From assembly GCA_965217775.1 (NCBI GenBank), contig CBDCJH010000002.1, forward strand, positions 5,248,001 to 5,312,000: a stretch of 64,000 nt of DNA. Reading direction: 5' to 3'. Below the pieces are notes generated by a model that saw only the letters and a program-made list of their open reading frames with translations, ran no database searches and had not been told where the DNA came from. The stretch is from Acidobacteriota bacterium. GTDB taxonomy: Bacteria; Acidobacteriota; UBA6911; RPQK01; JAJDTT01. Positions 44,822 to 55,588 of the stretch are shown here, in pieces. The position numbers and the translations under genes are program-made. The first letter of the stretch is position 1. Each line of letters begins with the position of its first letter.

Positions 44822-46144
44822 TCACCAGCCCTTCCAACTGCCGTCGGCGTGCCGGTACTGGCGGTAGGACATTTTGGCGTCATAGCGAAGCTTGGCGATG
44901 TCGGCTTCCTTGACCCGGATCCCGAGACCGGGACGGTCGCTGAGCCGGACGTGGCCGTCCACCAGCGAAAGGTCATGCTCCACGTACCGGCCCATCCGTT
45001 CCAGCCCCCAGGCTTCCTGGACCAGGAAATTGGAGATGACGGCATCCGCCTGAAACAGGGCCGCCAAATGGATGGGCCCCGACGCGTTGTGGGGCGCCAT
45101 CAGGATCTGGGCCTCCTCGGCCAGGCGCGAGATGGCCAGGAACTGGGTGATGCCGAAGGCATGGCTCAGGTCGGGCTGAAGAAAGGCGCAGGCTCGTGCA
45201 TCGATGACATCCTTGAATTCCCGGTAGGAGAAGAGCTTTTCCCCCGTAGCGATGGGAACCGGGCTGCGCGCCGAGATCTCCTTGAGCGCCGCGATGGATC
45301 CCACCTTGCAAGGTTCCTCCAGGAAGAGAGGCTGGTAGGGAGCCACGGCGTCGGCGAAGGCGATGGCCAGGGCCGGAGTGGGACTGCCGTGGGTGTCCAG
45401 CATCAGGTCGATCTCCGGTCCCACCTCCTCCCGAACGGCCGCCACGATCCGGACGCACTCGTCCAAGGCTCCCCGGTCCATGGGCCAGGTCCGCATCTCC
45501 AGCGGGTTTCCCTTGAGGCCTCGAACTCCCGAGGCGACGGCGGCGCGAGCCCGGGCCACGGCCTCCTGGATCGATTCGAAGCTGATCCCGCCGTGGTAGA
45601 CGCGGATTCGGTCTCGCTTCCGGCCTCCCAGGATCTGGTAGACGGGGACACCCCAAGCCTTGCCGGCGATGTCATAGAGAGCCATGTTCACCGCCGCCAG
45701 GGCAGAACCCAGAACCGGGCCGCCCTTCCAGGGAAGCCGGTCCGAGATGTCGTCGCACAGAGCGACCACGTTCAGAGGATTTTGGCCCACCAAAAGCTCC
45801 CGCCAGCCCTCCAGCGTCGTTTTCACCGCCGGCGAAAGCCATTCGATACTGGCTTCCCCCCATCCGGAGAGCTCCGTATCGGTCTCGATCTTGAGAAACA
45901 GCCAGGTCTTGAAGCTGCTGGCGATGCTCCTTCGGACCCCCTTCCTGGGAGGAGGACTTCCAGTCGGCACGTTGAACATGTAGGTCTTCATTCCGGTGAT
46001 TTTCATGGGTCCTGTTCTTCTCCGCCTGGGAGGCTCCTGTGGCCTCGGTGTGGACGCAAAAAGGGCACCGGCCGACGATCCGAGGCCCGCCGTGGCGATC
46101 AGGAAATCACGACGGTCCAGGCCATCCGCTCGGCATGGGAGCAT
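44822..46144 (-). CDS. Mandelate racemase/muconate lactonizing (galactonate-dehydratase-like) enzyme with Tat signal
   Basis: RRDFL, GWGEA, ALYDIAGKA.GVPVY.LGG, LMLDTHG, FLEEP, ATGE, APHN. Confidence 0.88.
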   Translation of the reverse strand: MLPCRADGLDRRDFLIATAGLGSSAGALFASTPRPQEPPRRRRTGPMKITGMKTYMFNVPTGSPPPRKGVRRSIASSFKTWLFLKIETDTELSGWGEASIEWLSPAVKTTLEGWRELLVGQNPLNVVALCDDISDRLPWKGGPVLGSALAAVNMALYDIAGKAWGVPVYQILGGRKRDRIRVYHGGISFESIQEAVARARAAVASGVRGLKGNPLEMRTWPMDRGALDECVRIVAAVREEVGPEIDLMLDTHGSPTPALAIAFADAVAPYQPLFLEEPCKVGSIAALKEISARSPVPIATGEKLFSYREFKDVIDARACAFLQPDLSHAFGITQFLAISRLAEEAQILMAPHNASGPIHLAALFQADAVISNFLVQEAWGLERMGRYVEHDLSLVDGHVRLSDRPGLGIRVKEADIAKLRYDAKMSYRQYRHADGSWKGW

Positions 46145-46151
46145 GGTGGTG

Positions 46152-46994
46152 TCAATGGTTCGAAGCTGTTTCCAACCTCGATTCAATCTCTCGCAGGTAG
46201 GAAATGCTCTCTCGGGCGATTCGCTCGCCACCGGCCTGGAAATCGAAGACCTCCAAGGAAACCCAGCCCCCATAGTTCCGATCCCGAAGGAATCGGAGAA
46301 GGCGTTCGAAGTCCACGTCGCCGGTGCCGGGGTGGCGGCCGTCGATCTCGTTCACGTGGACGTGGCGAATTCGGGACCAGTAACGCTCGGCCAGACTGAG
46401 GAAGTCGCCCCCCTCATCGGCAGCGTTGTGACAGTCGAACATGGTCCGGACGTGACCATGGGAGACCCGGTCCACCACTTCGACCGCTTCCGCCAGAGTG
46501 GAGACCACATCCGTCTCCTCGCTCGAAACGGCCTCCATCAGGAGCGTCACGTCCCGGTCCCTCGCCGCGGGGGCCAGCTCGGACAGTCCCTCGGCGAGTC
46601 GTCCCAGCGCTTCTTGGGTCGTCATTCCGTCCCGAGTGTTCCGCTGTTGGGGCGAGCCGAGGATCATGAGATGTCCTCCCAGGTCCGCGCAGAAGTCGAT
46701 GAGCCGTGAGAGATAGGACCAACTCTTCTCCCTCAGGGTCCGGTCCCGGGTCGTCAGATGGAGTCCCCTGGGCTTGACCAGGAGCCAGTGAATCCCCGAG
46801 CAGACCATTCCCTCTCCTTCGATGGTCTGCCGAAGCTGCCGCCGGCGGCGGGGCGAGATCTGATCCACCGAGTCGGCCAGCGTGAAGGGGGCCACCTCCA
46901 GGCCCCGGTACCCCAGTTTGCGAACGGTCCGGCAGGTCCGGGCCAAGTCCTGTTCCCCAAAGATCTCACTGCAGATCGCATGTTTCAGTCGCAA
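46152..46994 (-). CDS. Sugar phosphate isomerase/epimerase (AP2/xylose isomerase TIM barrel)
   Basis: AICSEIF, GLEVAPFT, HVHVNE, WVSLEVF. TTG start after GGGAG. Confidence 0.8.
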   Translation of the reverse strand: MRLKHAICSEIFGEQDLARTCRTVRKLGYRGLEVAPFTLADSVDQISPRRRRQLRQTIEGEGMVCSGIHWLLVKPRGLHLTTRDRTLREKSWSYLSRLIDFCADLGGHLMILGSPQQRNTRDGMTTQEALGRLAEGLSELAPAARDRDVTLLMEAVSSEETDVVSTLAEAVEVVDRVSHGHVRTMFDCHNAADEGGDFLSLAERYWSRIRHVHVNEIDGRHPGTGDVDFERLLRFLRDRNYGGWVSLEVFDFQAGGERIARESISYLREIESRLETASNH

Positions 46995-47118
46995 GACGCC
47001 ACTCCCGTCCCCGCTTCGGCCGAATCGCCGAAGGCTTGTGCTGTAGTATAGAAACCCTTGTCGAAAGTCTCCACGGGATGCGAGGAACTCCGAAGACTGG
47101 GAAACACTGGAGGGTCGG

Positions 47119-48099
47119 GTGAAGCGGCGGGAGTTTCTCCGCAAGTCGTGCCTGTTTTCCAGCACCTCTTTGGCAACGGCCCTTCTTTCGCAAGATCCGG
47201 AATCGTCCCGGGCATGGTCGGCGGGGCCGGCTGACCCCCGGCGGGTGTTGGTGTTCATCGAGTTGGCCGGAGGCTGCGATGGCCTCAACTCGCTGGTCCC
47301 GCACGGCCTGGATGACTACTACCGGCAACGCCCGAATCTGGCCATTCCTCCCGCGGCCGTCCTGAAGCTGGACCATGCCGTCGGATTCCATCCCTCGCTC
47401 GAAGGATTCAAGCGGTTGTTCGACGCGGGAAAGATGGCTCTGGTTCAAGGAGTGGGCTATCCCGATCCGAATCGATCTCATTTCCGGTCCAGAAAGATCT
47501 GGCATACGGCCCGGCTGGAAACCGAGGCTGAGGGCGGCTTTCCGGACCGCAAGTGCCTGCCGGAACTTGGAATGCGGTTGACGGACGGGGCTCTCGCCGC
47601 GAATCTGGCGGCCATCGCCCGCATCATCGCAGCCGGGACGGGAGTCCGGGTGTTCTACACGTCCATGGGCGGCTTCGACACCCATGCCTTCCAGGTGGTT
47701 CCGGGAAATCCGACCCGGGGCATCCATGCCCGCCTCCTCTTTACGCTTTCCACCGCGGTCACCGCTTTCTTGCACGACCTGACCCGCCGAGGTCGGGAAG
47801 AACATGTCCTCGTCGTGATCTTCAGCGAGTTCGGACGCCGTCTGGCGGAGAACGGGACCTTCGGCACCGACCACGGAACCGCCAATCCCATGTTCATCAT
47901 CGGCAAGGGCGTGGTCCCGGGGCTGCACGGGCGCCACCCGGGACTGTCTCGCGAGGAGCTGACGCCTGCTGGAGACCTGGTTCACACGGTGGACTTCCGC
48001 AGCGTCTACGCCGGGATTTTGCCCGGTTGGGCGGGAATCCAAGCCCGATGCCCGCCCGCTCCTATCCGGGAGGCCGGGTCCGGCCCCGTGATAATATGA
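47119..48099 (+). CDS. DUF1501 family protein (shortened)
   Basis: RREFL, LAGGCDGLN, PNRSHFRS, GGFDTH, SEFGR...GTDHG, DFRSVYA. Confidence 0.8.
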   Translation: MKRREFLRKSCLFSSTSLATALLSQDPESSRAWSAGPADPRRVLVFIELAGGCDGLNSLVPHGLDDYYRQRPNLAIPPAAVLKLDHAVGFHPSLEGFKRLFDAGKMALVQGVGYPDPNRSHFRSRKIWHTARLETEAEGGFPDRKCLPELGMRLTDGALAANLAAIARIIAAGTGVRVFYTSMGGFDTHAFQVVPGNPTRGIHARLLFTLSTAVTAFLHDLTRRGREEHVLVVIFSEFGRRLAENGTFGTDHGTANPMFIIGKGVVPGLHGRHPGLSREELTPAGDLVHTVDFRSVYAGILPGWAGIQARCPPAPIREAGSGPVII

Positions 48100-48103
48100 G
48101 CCC

Positions 48104-49339
48104 ATGAGGCGAACCCGGATATTCACACCCGGACCGACTCCCGTCTCACCGTCCGCACAACTGGCCATGGCCAGTCCCCTGGTCCACCATCGCAAGGACG
48201 AGTTCCGGGAATTGCTGCTCGAGACTCGATCCCACCTTCAGGCTCTCTTCAGGACCAACAACGATGTCGTCATCCTCACTGCGTCCGGGACCGGAGCCAT
48301 GGAAGCTTCGGTGAGCAACCTCCTCTCCTCCGAGACCCGAGCCCTGGCGGTCTCTGCCGGGAAGTTCGGTGATCGCTGGGTCCGGATCTGCCGGGCCTTC
48401 AACGTGCCCTGCCAAATTCTGGAGAAACCGTACGGTGAAGCGGCCTCGGACCTGGAGATCCAACGCGCTCTGGAGGCCAACCCGGATACCCGTGCCCTGT
48501 TGATCCAGGGCTGCGAGAGTTCCACCGCCACCATCCACGACCTGGAATCCATCGCCCGGATGGTCCGCAACCGTTTCCCCGAAGTCCTGGTGGTGGTGGA
48601 TGCGATTACGGCATTGGGGAGTCAGCCGGTGGAGACGGACGCCTGGGGTCTGGACGTGGTCATCGGCGGCGCCCAGAAGGCTTTTGCGATCCCGCCCGGC
48701 CTCTCCTTTCTGTCTCTGAGTTCCCGCGCGCTGACCGCGATCCGGGCTTGTCCCGGACCGCGTTTCTACTTCGACCTTCTCAAGGAGGTGAAGGGACAGC
48801 GCCGGGGGCAAACGGGGCTGACTCCTGCCGTGGCTCTGGTGCAGGCGCTGAACAAGACAAGCCGGGAAATGGTCGAGCAGGGTCTGGACCGGATTCTGGA
48901 GCAGGTCGAGGTCCGGGCGCGATGTGCGAGGCGAGGATTGGCAGCCCTCGGTTTCAGACAGCTCTCCTCCGCGCCGGCCAACGCCTTGACCGCCTGCTTT
49001 CCGCCTCCGGGGATCGACGCGGCCAGTCTGATCCAAATCCTTCAGGAGCGATTCGGGATCGTCGTAGCGGGCGGGCAGGGTGTTCTGAAGGGGAAGATCA
49101 TCCGTATCGGACACCTGGGCTACTTCGATCTGGTCGATGTCTTCGCGGTGATTTCGGCCATTGAGGTCTGTCTTCCGGAACTGGGCTCCCGTATCGACCT
49201 GGGGGCCGGCATCAAGGCGGCGATGCAGGAAGCCGTGACGCCGATTTCCACAGTCTGTGGTGAAAGTTCCGCGAGCACCGAGACCGTTCCTGCGCCCGCC
49301 GGACATGGCGCGATGAGGGAGCATACTCGGAGTATGTGA
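48104..49339 (+). CDS. Class V aminotransferase (alanine-glyoxylate/serine-pyruvate type); C-terminus MITE-derived
   Basis: FTPGPT, SGTGAME, VDAIT, GAQKAF..PPG, GGQG.LKG.I.RIGHLG. Confidence 0.9.
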   Translation: MRRTRIFTPGPTPVSPSAQLAMASPLVHHRKDEFRELLLETRSHLQALFRTNNDVVILTASGTGAMEASVSNLLSSETRALAVSAGKFGDRWVRICRAFNVPCQILEKPYGEAASDLEIQRALEANPDTRALLIQGCESSTATIHDLESIARMVRNRFPEVLVVVDAITALGSQPVETDAWGLDVVIGGAQKAFAIPPGLSFLSLSSRALTAIRACPGPRFYFDLLKEVKGQRRGQTGLTPAVALVQALNKTSREMVEQGLDRILEQVEVRARCARRGLAALGFRQLSSAPANALTACFPPPGIDAASLIQILQERFGIVVAGGQGVLKGKIIRIGHLGYFDLVDVFAVISAIEVCLPELGSRIDLGAGIKAAMQEAVTPISTVCGESSASTETVPAPAGHGAMREHTRSM

Positions 49340-49408
49340 CCGAATCGCAACGCAGTCCGCCGGGATGCAGGGACGGTCGAATGCCGTGGCGACTTTTGCC
49401 ACGGGCTG
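49251..49408 (+). mobile_element. MITE copy 4 (158 bp)
   Basis: Same TIRs; flanks tcca / ttca. Confidence 0.9.
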
Positions 49409-49409
49409 T

Positions 49410-50348
49410 TCAGCACAGGATAGAGTCCACGAAGGTCTGACGATCGAAGGGCGCCAGGTCCTCCAACCCCTCTCCCGTGCCGACGAAACGGATGGGAATC
49501 TTCAGCTGACTGGCGATTGCGGCGATGATCCCCCCTTTGGCGGTGCCGTCCAGCTTGGTGACGACGATTCCGGTGACGCCGAGGGCGGTCAAGAACTCCC
49601 GAGCCTGGATGAGGCCGTTCTGTCCGGTTGTCGCGTCCAGAACCAGGTAGACGTCGTGTGGCGCGCCGGGGACCAGCCTGCCGGCGACACGAGCCATTTT
49701 CTTGACCTCTTCCATGAGATTTCGCTTGGTGTGCAACCGGCCGGCCGTATCGGCGATGAGGACGTCCTTGTTGCGGGCCTTCGCCGCCTGCAAGGCGTCG
49801 TGCAAGACTGCCGCGGGATCGGTCGCGCCCCGCTGCATGATCAAGTCGGCCCGGCTACGGCGGCACCAGACGCTCAGTTGTTCCACCGCGGCGGCACGAA
49901 ATGTGTCCGACGCCGCGACGATGGTGCTCTTGCCGGCCCGGGCGTAACGATGGGCCAGTTTGCCGATGGTCGTCGTCTTGCCGACACCGTTGACTCCCAC
50001 CATCAGTACCACGTGTGGTTTCCGGACCCATTCTTCCTGCCAACCAGGAGCCTCGAACAGCTCGAGGAGTTTGGAAGCCAGGAGCTTCCGAGCCTGGCCG
50101 GAACTGATCGACTGTTTTCGCCGGTTTTCCTGACGGATTTTCTCAACCAGGCGTTCGCTGGTCTCGACTCCCAGGTCGGCCCCGATGAGGAGATACTCCA
50201 ACTCCTCCAACTGTTCCGGTGAGATGGGACTCTCCCGAGGTCCCAGCAACTCGTTCACCCTTCGGCTCAGCTCCCGGCGGGTCGCCTGAAGCGCTCTCTT
50301 CAAGCGTCCGAAATAGCCGGGTCGTTCTTTTGGCTTTGACGGATTCAT
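49410..50348 (-). CDS. ftsY: SRP receptor FtsY
   Basis: [37 protein letters not shown]. Confidence 0.96.
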   Translation of the reverse strand: MNPSKPKERPGYFGRLKRALQATRRELSRRVNELLGPRESPISPEQLEELEYLLIGADLGVETSERLVEKIRQENRRKQSISSGQARKLLASKLLELFEAPGWQEEWVRKPHVVLMVGVNGVGKTTTIGKLAHRYARAGKSTIVAASDTFRAAAVEQLSVWCRRSRADLIMQRGATDPAAVLHDALQAAKARNKDVLIADTAGRLHTKRNLMEEVKKMARVAGRLVPGAPHDVYLVLDATTGQNGLIQAREFLTALGVTGIVVTKLDGTAKGGIIAAIASQLKIPIRFVGTGEGLEDLAPFDRQTFVDSILC

Positions 50349-50956
50349 CTTGTGTTGTCACTCGGCGTAAGTACGTATTCCTCGAAGTTGCACCGGAGTC
50401 GTCGCCGTTGACCCTGATCCAGGCTCGACAGGGTCCGCTCCAGTTGGTGCGTCAGCTCCCGGCAGAAGGCCATCAGGTTGGGCACGCGTATTCCTTCCAG
50501 AGACAGCGACGTGGCCGTGGAGGTCAACTCATCGGGGAACGACCGATGAAAGAGGTTGACTCCGATGCCGATGATGGCCCACCGGATCCGATCCCTTTGG
50601 GATCCCATCTCGATCAGAATGCCGGCGCACTTCTTGCCGCTCAACAGCACGTCGTTGGGCAGCTTGATGCGCAGGGCCGCCGCCGGCCCACTCCAGGTGG
50701 CGATGGCTCGAACCACACCCACGGCCGCGGCCCGGGTCAGATCCTCGGCCCGGCGAACCTCGGAGGCGGGAAAGCAGAGATAGGACGCGTAGAGTCCCAT
50801 GTCCCTCGGAGAATGCCACGAGCGTCCGTAGCGTCCGCGCCCCCCGGTCTGCTCTTCGGCGACGGCCATGCGGGCCTTCCCCGATTCGATGAACACCTTC
50901 AGGTAGTCGCTGGTCGAGTCGACTCTGGCCAGGTAGTCCAACTGCCGGAAACGCAT
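50345..50956 (-). CDS. birA: Biotin--protein ligase (catalytic domain only)
   Basis: VDSTS, AEEQTGGRGR.GR.W.SP, IKLPNDV, KKCAGILIE, GIGVN. Confidence 0.85.
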   Translation of the reverse strand: MRFRQLDYLARVDSTSDYLKVFIESGKARMAVAEEQTGGRGRYGRSWHSPRDMGLYASYLCFPASEVRRAEDLTRAAAVGVVRAIATWSGPAAALRIKLPNDVLLSGKKCAGILIEMGSQRDRIRWAIIGIGVNLFHRSFPDELTSTATSLSLEGIRVPNLMAFCRELTHQLERTLSSLDQGQRRRLRCNFEEYVLTPSDNTR

Positions 50957-50975
50957 CTTCGAACTCAGACTCCGC

Positions 50976-51818
50976 TCAATCCCGGTCCAACATCAGGCTG
51001 ATGTCGCAGGCGGCGACGGAGTGGGTCAAGGAACCCATGGAAATGAAGTCGACGCCGGTCTCAGCGTAAGCTTGAAGGTTCTGGCCGGTGATGCCGCCTG
51101 AGACCTCCACGAGGCACCGGCCCGCGCAGGCGGCGACCGATCGCCGGACCTCCTCCACCGGCATGTTGTCCAGCAGGACGGCGTCCGCTCCCGCGTCCAG
51201 AGCGTCGGCCAGTTCGTCCTGATTGGTGACCTCCACCTGGATCCGCTGCAGATGACCGCAGCGCGTCCGGCACGCCCGCACGGCCGCAACGACGCCCCCG
51301 GCGGCGGCGATGTGGTTTTCCTTGATGAGAACGCCGTCATCCAGCCCCATCCGATGATTCTGTCCGCCCCCCATTCGGACCGCGTATTTCTCCAGGCTGC
51401 GCCAGAGTGGCGTGGTTTTCCGAGTATCCAGGACGCGGACACGGCTGGAAGCGATCCGGTCCACGCAGCCGCGGGTCTGGGTGGCGATCCCGCAGAGTCG
51501 CTGGAGGAAATTCAACGCGACTCTCTCGGCTTTCAGGAGGATGGAAACGGACCCTTCCAGGGTTCCGACGCAACCCGGCTCGACCCAGTCCCCCTCGCCG
51601 TATCGAACTTGCCCGGCGACAGGGCCCAGGAGCTGAAAAACCCGGATGAAGACCGGCCAACCGGCCAGGACCATCCGCTGGCGAGCCAGAACCTGAGCCG
51701 TCCGGACCGCATCGGCATGGGGATTGGACTGCAGTATGGCCCCGGTCGTAATGTCGCCTCGTCCCAGGTCCTCCTGGAGGGCTCGGCGAAGCAGGGGGTC
51801 AAGGCTCAGGAAGTCCAT
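50976..51818 (-). CDS. nadC: Quinolinate phosphoribosyltransferase
   Basis: [39 protein letters not shown]. Confidence 0.95.
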   Translation of the reverse strand: MDFLSLDPLLRRALQEDLGRGDITTGAILQSNPHADAVRTAQVLARQRMVLAGWPVFIRVFQLLGPVAGQVRYGEGDWVEPGCVGTLEGSVSILLKAERVALNFLQRLCGIATQTRGCVDRIASSRVRVLDTRKTTPLWRSLEKYAVRMGGGQNHRMGLDDGVLIKENHIAAAGGVVAAVRACRTRCGHLQRIQVEVTNQDELADALDAGADAVLLDNMPVEEVRRSVAACAGRCLVEVSGGITGQNLQAYAETGVDFISMGSLTHSVAACDISLMLDRD

Positions 51819-54444
51819 GGAGCATGTCCTGAAGCCGTTTCAGTTGAGTTCCAACGTCCTGCCGGCGCCGTCGCGCGCCGTCCACGATGTGGGCCGGAGC
51901 CTTGCGAACGAAGTTTTCGTTCTCCAGTTTGCGGTCGAGCCGAATCCGGTCTGCCTCGAGCCGGCCGATCTGACGTTGCAGCCGGTCCTTCTCCGCGGCC
52001 AGGTCGATGGCCTCGTCCAGCCGCAGGGAGAACTGGGTCGTGTTGGCCACGCCGGTGATGCGCAGTCCTTCCCGGCTCAGTCCGTCCCGAAACTCGATCT
52101 CGCTCAATCGGGCCAGATTTTTCAGGTGGTGAGTCTGAGATTCCAGGAAACCGCGGGTCGGAAACGAACAGGTGAACTCGGCGGGAAGGCGCCTCCTGGG
52201 GTCGATGTTGTTCTCGGCTCGAGCCGTTCGCAGCGCCGTGATCAACTCCTGGAGCTGGGTCATGCGGTCGATGTCATCCTGGTCGATCCATTCCGGCCGG
52301 GCCTCCGGAAAAGGGGCCAGCATGATGGTTTCGCCCGAATGCGGGAGCCGTTGCCAAAGCTCCTCCGTCAGGAAGGGCACGAAGGGGTGCAGCAACCGGA
52401 GAGAGCGTTCCAGGACATGGGCGGCGATCTGGGCGGCAACGGTGTCGCCGCCGCTGATTCGCCCTTTGATCAACTCGACGTACCAGTCGCAGAACTCATG
52501 CCAGAAGAAGTGGTAGAGATCGTTGCTGGCGCTGTGAATGAAAAACCGCTCCAGGTTCCTTTCCGTGTCCTGATTGATCTGCTGGAGCCGGCCCAGAATC
52601 CATCTGTCCTCCAGCCGCAGGGAACCCTTCTCCCAAAGTCTGCCGATATCCTCCTCATCGGCGGTCAGTCCCTGATCCAGGTTCAGCAGCAGATAGCGGG
52701 CGCCGTTCCAGATCTTGTTGCAGAAGGCCCGGTAGCCGGCCATACGGCTGATGGAGAATGGGATGTCGGCTCCGGGGGCGGCTGAGACCGCCAGTGTGAA
52801 ACGGACCGCATCGCACCCATACTCCTCGATGACCTCCAGCGGGTCGATGATGTTGCCCTTGGACTTGGACATCTTCTGCCCATGCTGGTCCCGGACCAGT
52901 CCGGTAATGAACACTTTCCTGAACGGCACGTCATCGCGGAAGCGGAGGCCGAGCATCATCATGCGGGCGATCCAGAAGAAGATGATGTCGAATCCCGTGA
53001 CCAGGGCACTGGTGGGGTAGAAGGTCTCCAGATCCCGCGTCCGGTCCGGCCAACCCAGAGTCGAGAAGGGCCAGAGACCGGAACTGAACCAGGTATCCAG
53101 GACATCCGATTCCTGAACCGGCCGGGCACTTCCGCAGCGGGAACAGGATTCGGGCTCGGTTCGGGCCACGGTCGAGTGGCCGCAGTCCTCGCAGGTCCAG
53201 GCGGGGATGCGGTGTCCCCACCAGAGTTGCCGGCTGATGCACCAGTCGTGGATGTTGGTCATCCAATCGGAATAGATCTTCGTGTAATTGCCGGGAACGA
53301 AAACGGTGGAACCGTCCTCGACTGCCTGGAGAGCGGTCTGGGCCAGCGGTTTCACCCGGACGAACCACTGCGTCGAAACCAGAGGCTCCACCACCGTCGA
53401 GCATCTCTGGCACCGCCCCACGTTGTGGTCGTGGGTCTCGACCCTCTCCAGCAAACCCAGGCGTTCCAACTCGGCGGCAACCCGGCGCCGGGCCTGGTAG
53501 CGATCCAGTCCGGCGAAAGCTCCCGCGTCGGCGGTCATCCGGCCGTCCTCGTCGATCACCTTCAGGATGGGTAGTTCATGGCGCCGGCCCGCTTCGAAGT
53601 CGTTGGGGTCGTGTCCCGGAGTGACCTTTACGGCTCCGGTCCCGAATTCGCGGTCGACGAAGGTGTCCTCGATGATGGGGATTTCCCGGTCCATCAAGGG
53701 CAGAACGGCGGTTCGGCCCCGGAGGTGGTGGTAGCGGCCGTCATCGGGATGAACCGCTACGGCCGTGTCCCCCAGCATGGTCTCGGGACGAGTGGTGGCC
53801 ACCACCAGAAACTCCTCCGAAGACTTGACCGGATAACGGATATGCCACAGGTGGCCCCGCGTGGGAGCGAACTCCACCTCGAGATCCGAGATGGCCGTGC
53901 GGCAACGGGGACACCAGTTGACCAGGTACTCCCCCTTGTAGATGAGCCCCTCTTCGTAGAGGCGGACGAAGACCTCTCTCACCGCCCGGGACAGCCCCTC
54001 GTCCAAGGTGAACCTCTGGCGGCTCCAGTCGCAGGAGCATCCCAGCTTGCGGATCTGGGAGAGAATGTTGTCCTCCGCTATCTTCTTCCACTTCCAGACC
54101 CGCTTCTCGAAGGCGGTCCGGCCCAGGTCCGAACGGGTCTTCCCCTCCTCTGCCAACTGGCGTTCCACCACGTTCTGGGTGGCGATTCCCGCGTGGTCCG
54201 TGCCCGGCAGCCAGAGGGTGTTGAAGCCCTTCATCCGCTTCCATCGGATCAGGATGTCCTGGAGCGTGCAGTTGAGGGCGTGGCCCATGTGCAGCGATCC
54301 GGTGACGTTCGGCGGAGGAATCACGATGGAATAGGCCGGCTTTCCGGAATCGGTGCGGCCCTTGAAGTAGCCCCTCTCTTCCCAGAGGGTGTACCACTTC
54401 CGTTCGACTCGTTTCGGCTCGTAGGTCTTGGGCAGGTTGATCAA
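51799..54444 (-). CDS. valS: Valine--tRNA ligase
   Basis: [31 protein letters not shown]-terminal coiled coil. Confidence 0.98.
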   Translation of the reverse strand: MINLPKTYEPKRVERKWYTLWEERGYFKGRTDSGKPAYSIVIPPPNVTGSLHMGHALNCTLQDILIRWKRMKGFNTLWLPGTDHAGIATQNVVERQLAEEGKTRSDLGRTAFEKRVWKWKKIAEDNILSQIRKLGCSCDWSRQRFTLDEGLSRAVREVFVRLYEEGLIYKGEYLVNWCPRCRTAISDLEVEFAPTRGHLWHIRYPVKSSEEFLVVATTRPETMLGDTAVAVHPDDGRYHHLRGRTAVLPLMDREIPIIEDTFVDREFGTGAVKVTPGHDPNDFEAGRRHELPILKVIDEDGRMTADAGAFAGLDRYQARRRVAAELERLGLLERVETHDHNVGRCQRCSTVVEPLVSTQWFVRVKPLAQTALQAVEDGSTVFVPGNYTKIYSDWMTNIHDWCISRQLWWGHRIPAWTCEDCGHSTVARTEPESCSRCGSARPVQESDVLDTWFSSGLWPFSTLGWPDRTRDLETFYPTSALVTGFDIIFFWIARMMMLGLRFRDDVPFRKVFITGLVRDQHGQKMSKSKGNIIDPLEVIEEYGCDAVRFTLAVSAAPGADIPFSISRMAGYRAFCNKIWNGARYLLLNLDQGLTADEEDIGRLWEKGSLRLEDRWILGRLQQINQDTERNLERFFIHSASNDLYHFFWHEFCDWYVELIKGRISGGDTVAAQIAAHVLERSLRLLHPFVPFLTEELWQRLPHSGETIMLAPFPEARPEWIDQDDIDRMTQLQELITALRTARAENNIDPRRRLPAEFTCSFPTRGFLESQTHHLKNLARLSEIEFRDGLSREGLRITGVANTTQFSLRLDEAIDLAAEKDRLQRQIGRLEADRIRLDRKLENENFVRKAPAHIVDGARRRRQDVGTQLKRLQDMLHGLPEP

Positions 54445-54491
54445 TCCGAATGCCCCGGTTGAATCGATGGATCGGGCTAGAAGAACGAGGG

Positions 54492-54500
54492 ATTATAACA
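54492..54500 (-). promoter_or_regulatory. Extended -10 promoter upstream of valS
   Basis: TGTTATAAT (TGn-TATAAT). Confidence 0.55.
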
Positions 54501-54593
54501 GACTCGCGGAGGGGCCCCGCCGCGATGGAACCGGGAATTCAACCCCGGATCGACGGCCGTTCCTGGAATGGTCGGGGCTTGATCGGCGCTCGG

Positions 54594-55583
54594 TCAACGA
54601 AGCGATTCGTCGCCCCCGGACTCCTCCATCTGGCGTTGCTCGGCGCGGCGGCGCGCCACCTCGTAGGGATCCTCGCGTCCGGTAAAGATCCCCAAGACGC
54701 CTCGGACGGGGGAGAGGATGGAGAATCCTTCCTTCTCGTATCGCTTCATGCGGGCCAGGTTCCGTGCGGCCTTGGCCTGGTCCAACTGCGGGACCGGCCT
54801 TTCCAGAAGCATCAGCTTCTCCCTGGCGTTGTCGAAGTAGGGGCTGAACTCATATTCTCGCGCCACAAAGGAATAGTAGACCGTCGCTTCCTCGACCCGT
54901 CCCAGATTCTCCAGAGACACGGCCAGGTGAAACAGGCTCGCGTCGAGCCGGCTGAACTCGTTGTATTCCTCCACCACCTCTTCGAATCGGTTGGCCGCGG
55001 CTGAGTATCGTTTTTTCCCAAAGTAGAAGTCGCCGACCCCGTGGACCCCCATGGCCAGTTCCTCGCGCACCTGCCGGAGAAACTCTTCCGCCGTCGGCAC
55101 ATACTCGCTGTCCGGGAAGTCATCCAGGAACTTCTTCAGTTCGATCTCCGCCTTGCGGGTGTAGGTGGGGTCCCGGTCATGAGGCTTCATGAGCCGGTAG
55201 TTGATGGCGGCGATCCTCATCTGGGCGTTGTCCGCGCTTTCATGGGTGGGGTAGAAAATGATGAAGTCCTTGTACTGGGCTTCCGCTTGGAGCAGATTCT
55301 CCTTGCCTCCTTCCTCGTAGTAGGAGTCGGCGATGGAGAGGAACGAGGTCGGTGTGTACTCGCTCTCGGGATAGGTGCTGATGAGCGTCTGGAAGGAGAG
55401 GCGCGACTTGATGAAATGCTTCTTGCCCAGGAACTTCATCCCGTTCTCGAAGAGGGTCTTGTCGGGCGCTACGGCCCCTTCCTGAAGATCCGCTCCTTTA
55501 CGGCCGCCGCAGGAGGCCAGAACGACCAGGAAACTCGACAGCAAGGTCAGCCTGATAACGGTTCTCATTTTCACTGTCCCCAT
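54594..55583 (-). CDS. bamD: Outer membrane assembly lipoprotein BamD
   Basis: Lipobox LASC, PDKTLF, TYPESEY, DRDPTYT, VGDFY, AAANRF. Confidence 0.85.
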   Translation of the reverse strand: MGTVKMRTVIRLTLLSSFLVVLASCGGRKGADLQEGAVAPDKTLFENGMKFLGKKHFIKSRLSFQTLISTYPESEYTPTSFLSIADSYYEEGGKENLLQAEAQYKDFIIFYPTHESADNAQMRIAAINYRLMKPHDRDPTYTRKAEIELKKFLDDFPDSEYVPTAEEFLRQVREELAMGVHGVGDFYFGKKRYSAAANRFEEVVEEYNEFSRLDASLFHLAVSLENLGRVEEATVYYSFVAREYEFSPYFDNAREKLMLLERPVPQLDQAKAARNLARMKRYEKEGFSILSPVRGVLGIFTGREDPYEVARRRAEQRQMEESGGDESLR

Positions 55584-55588
55584 TCAGA

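Noticed and set aside
54445-54593. T-box leader for valS
   Set aside because: No T-box motif or terminator, and the promoter lies only ~50 nt from the start.
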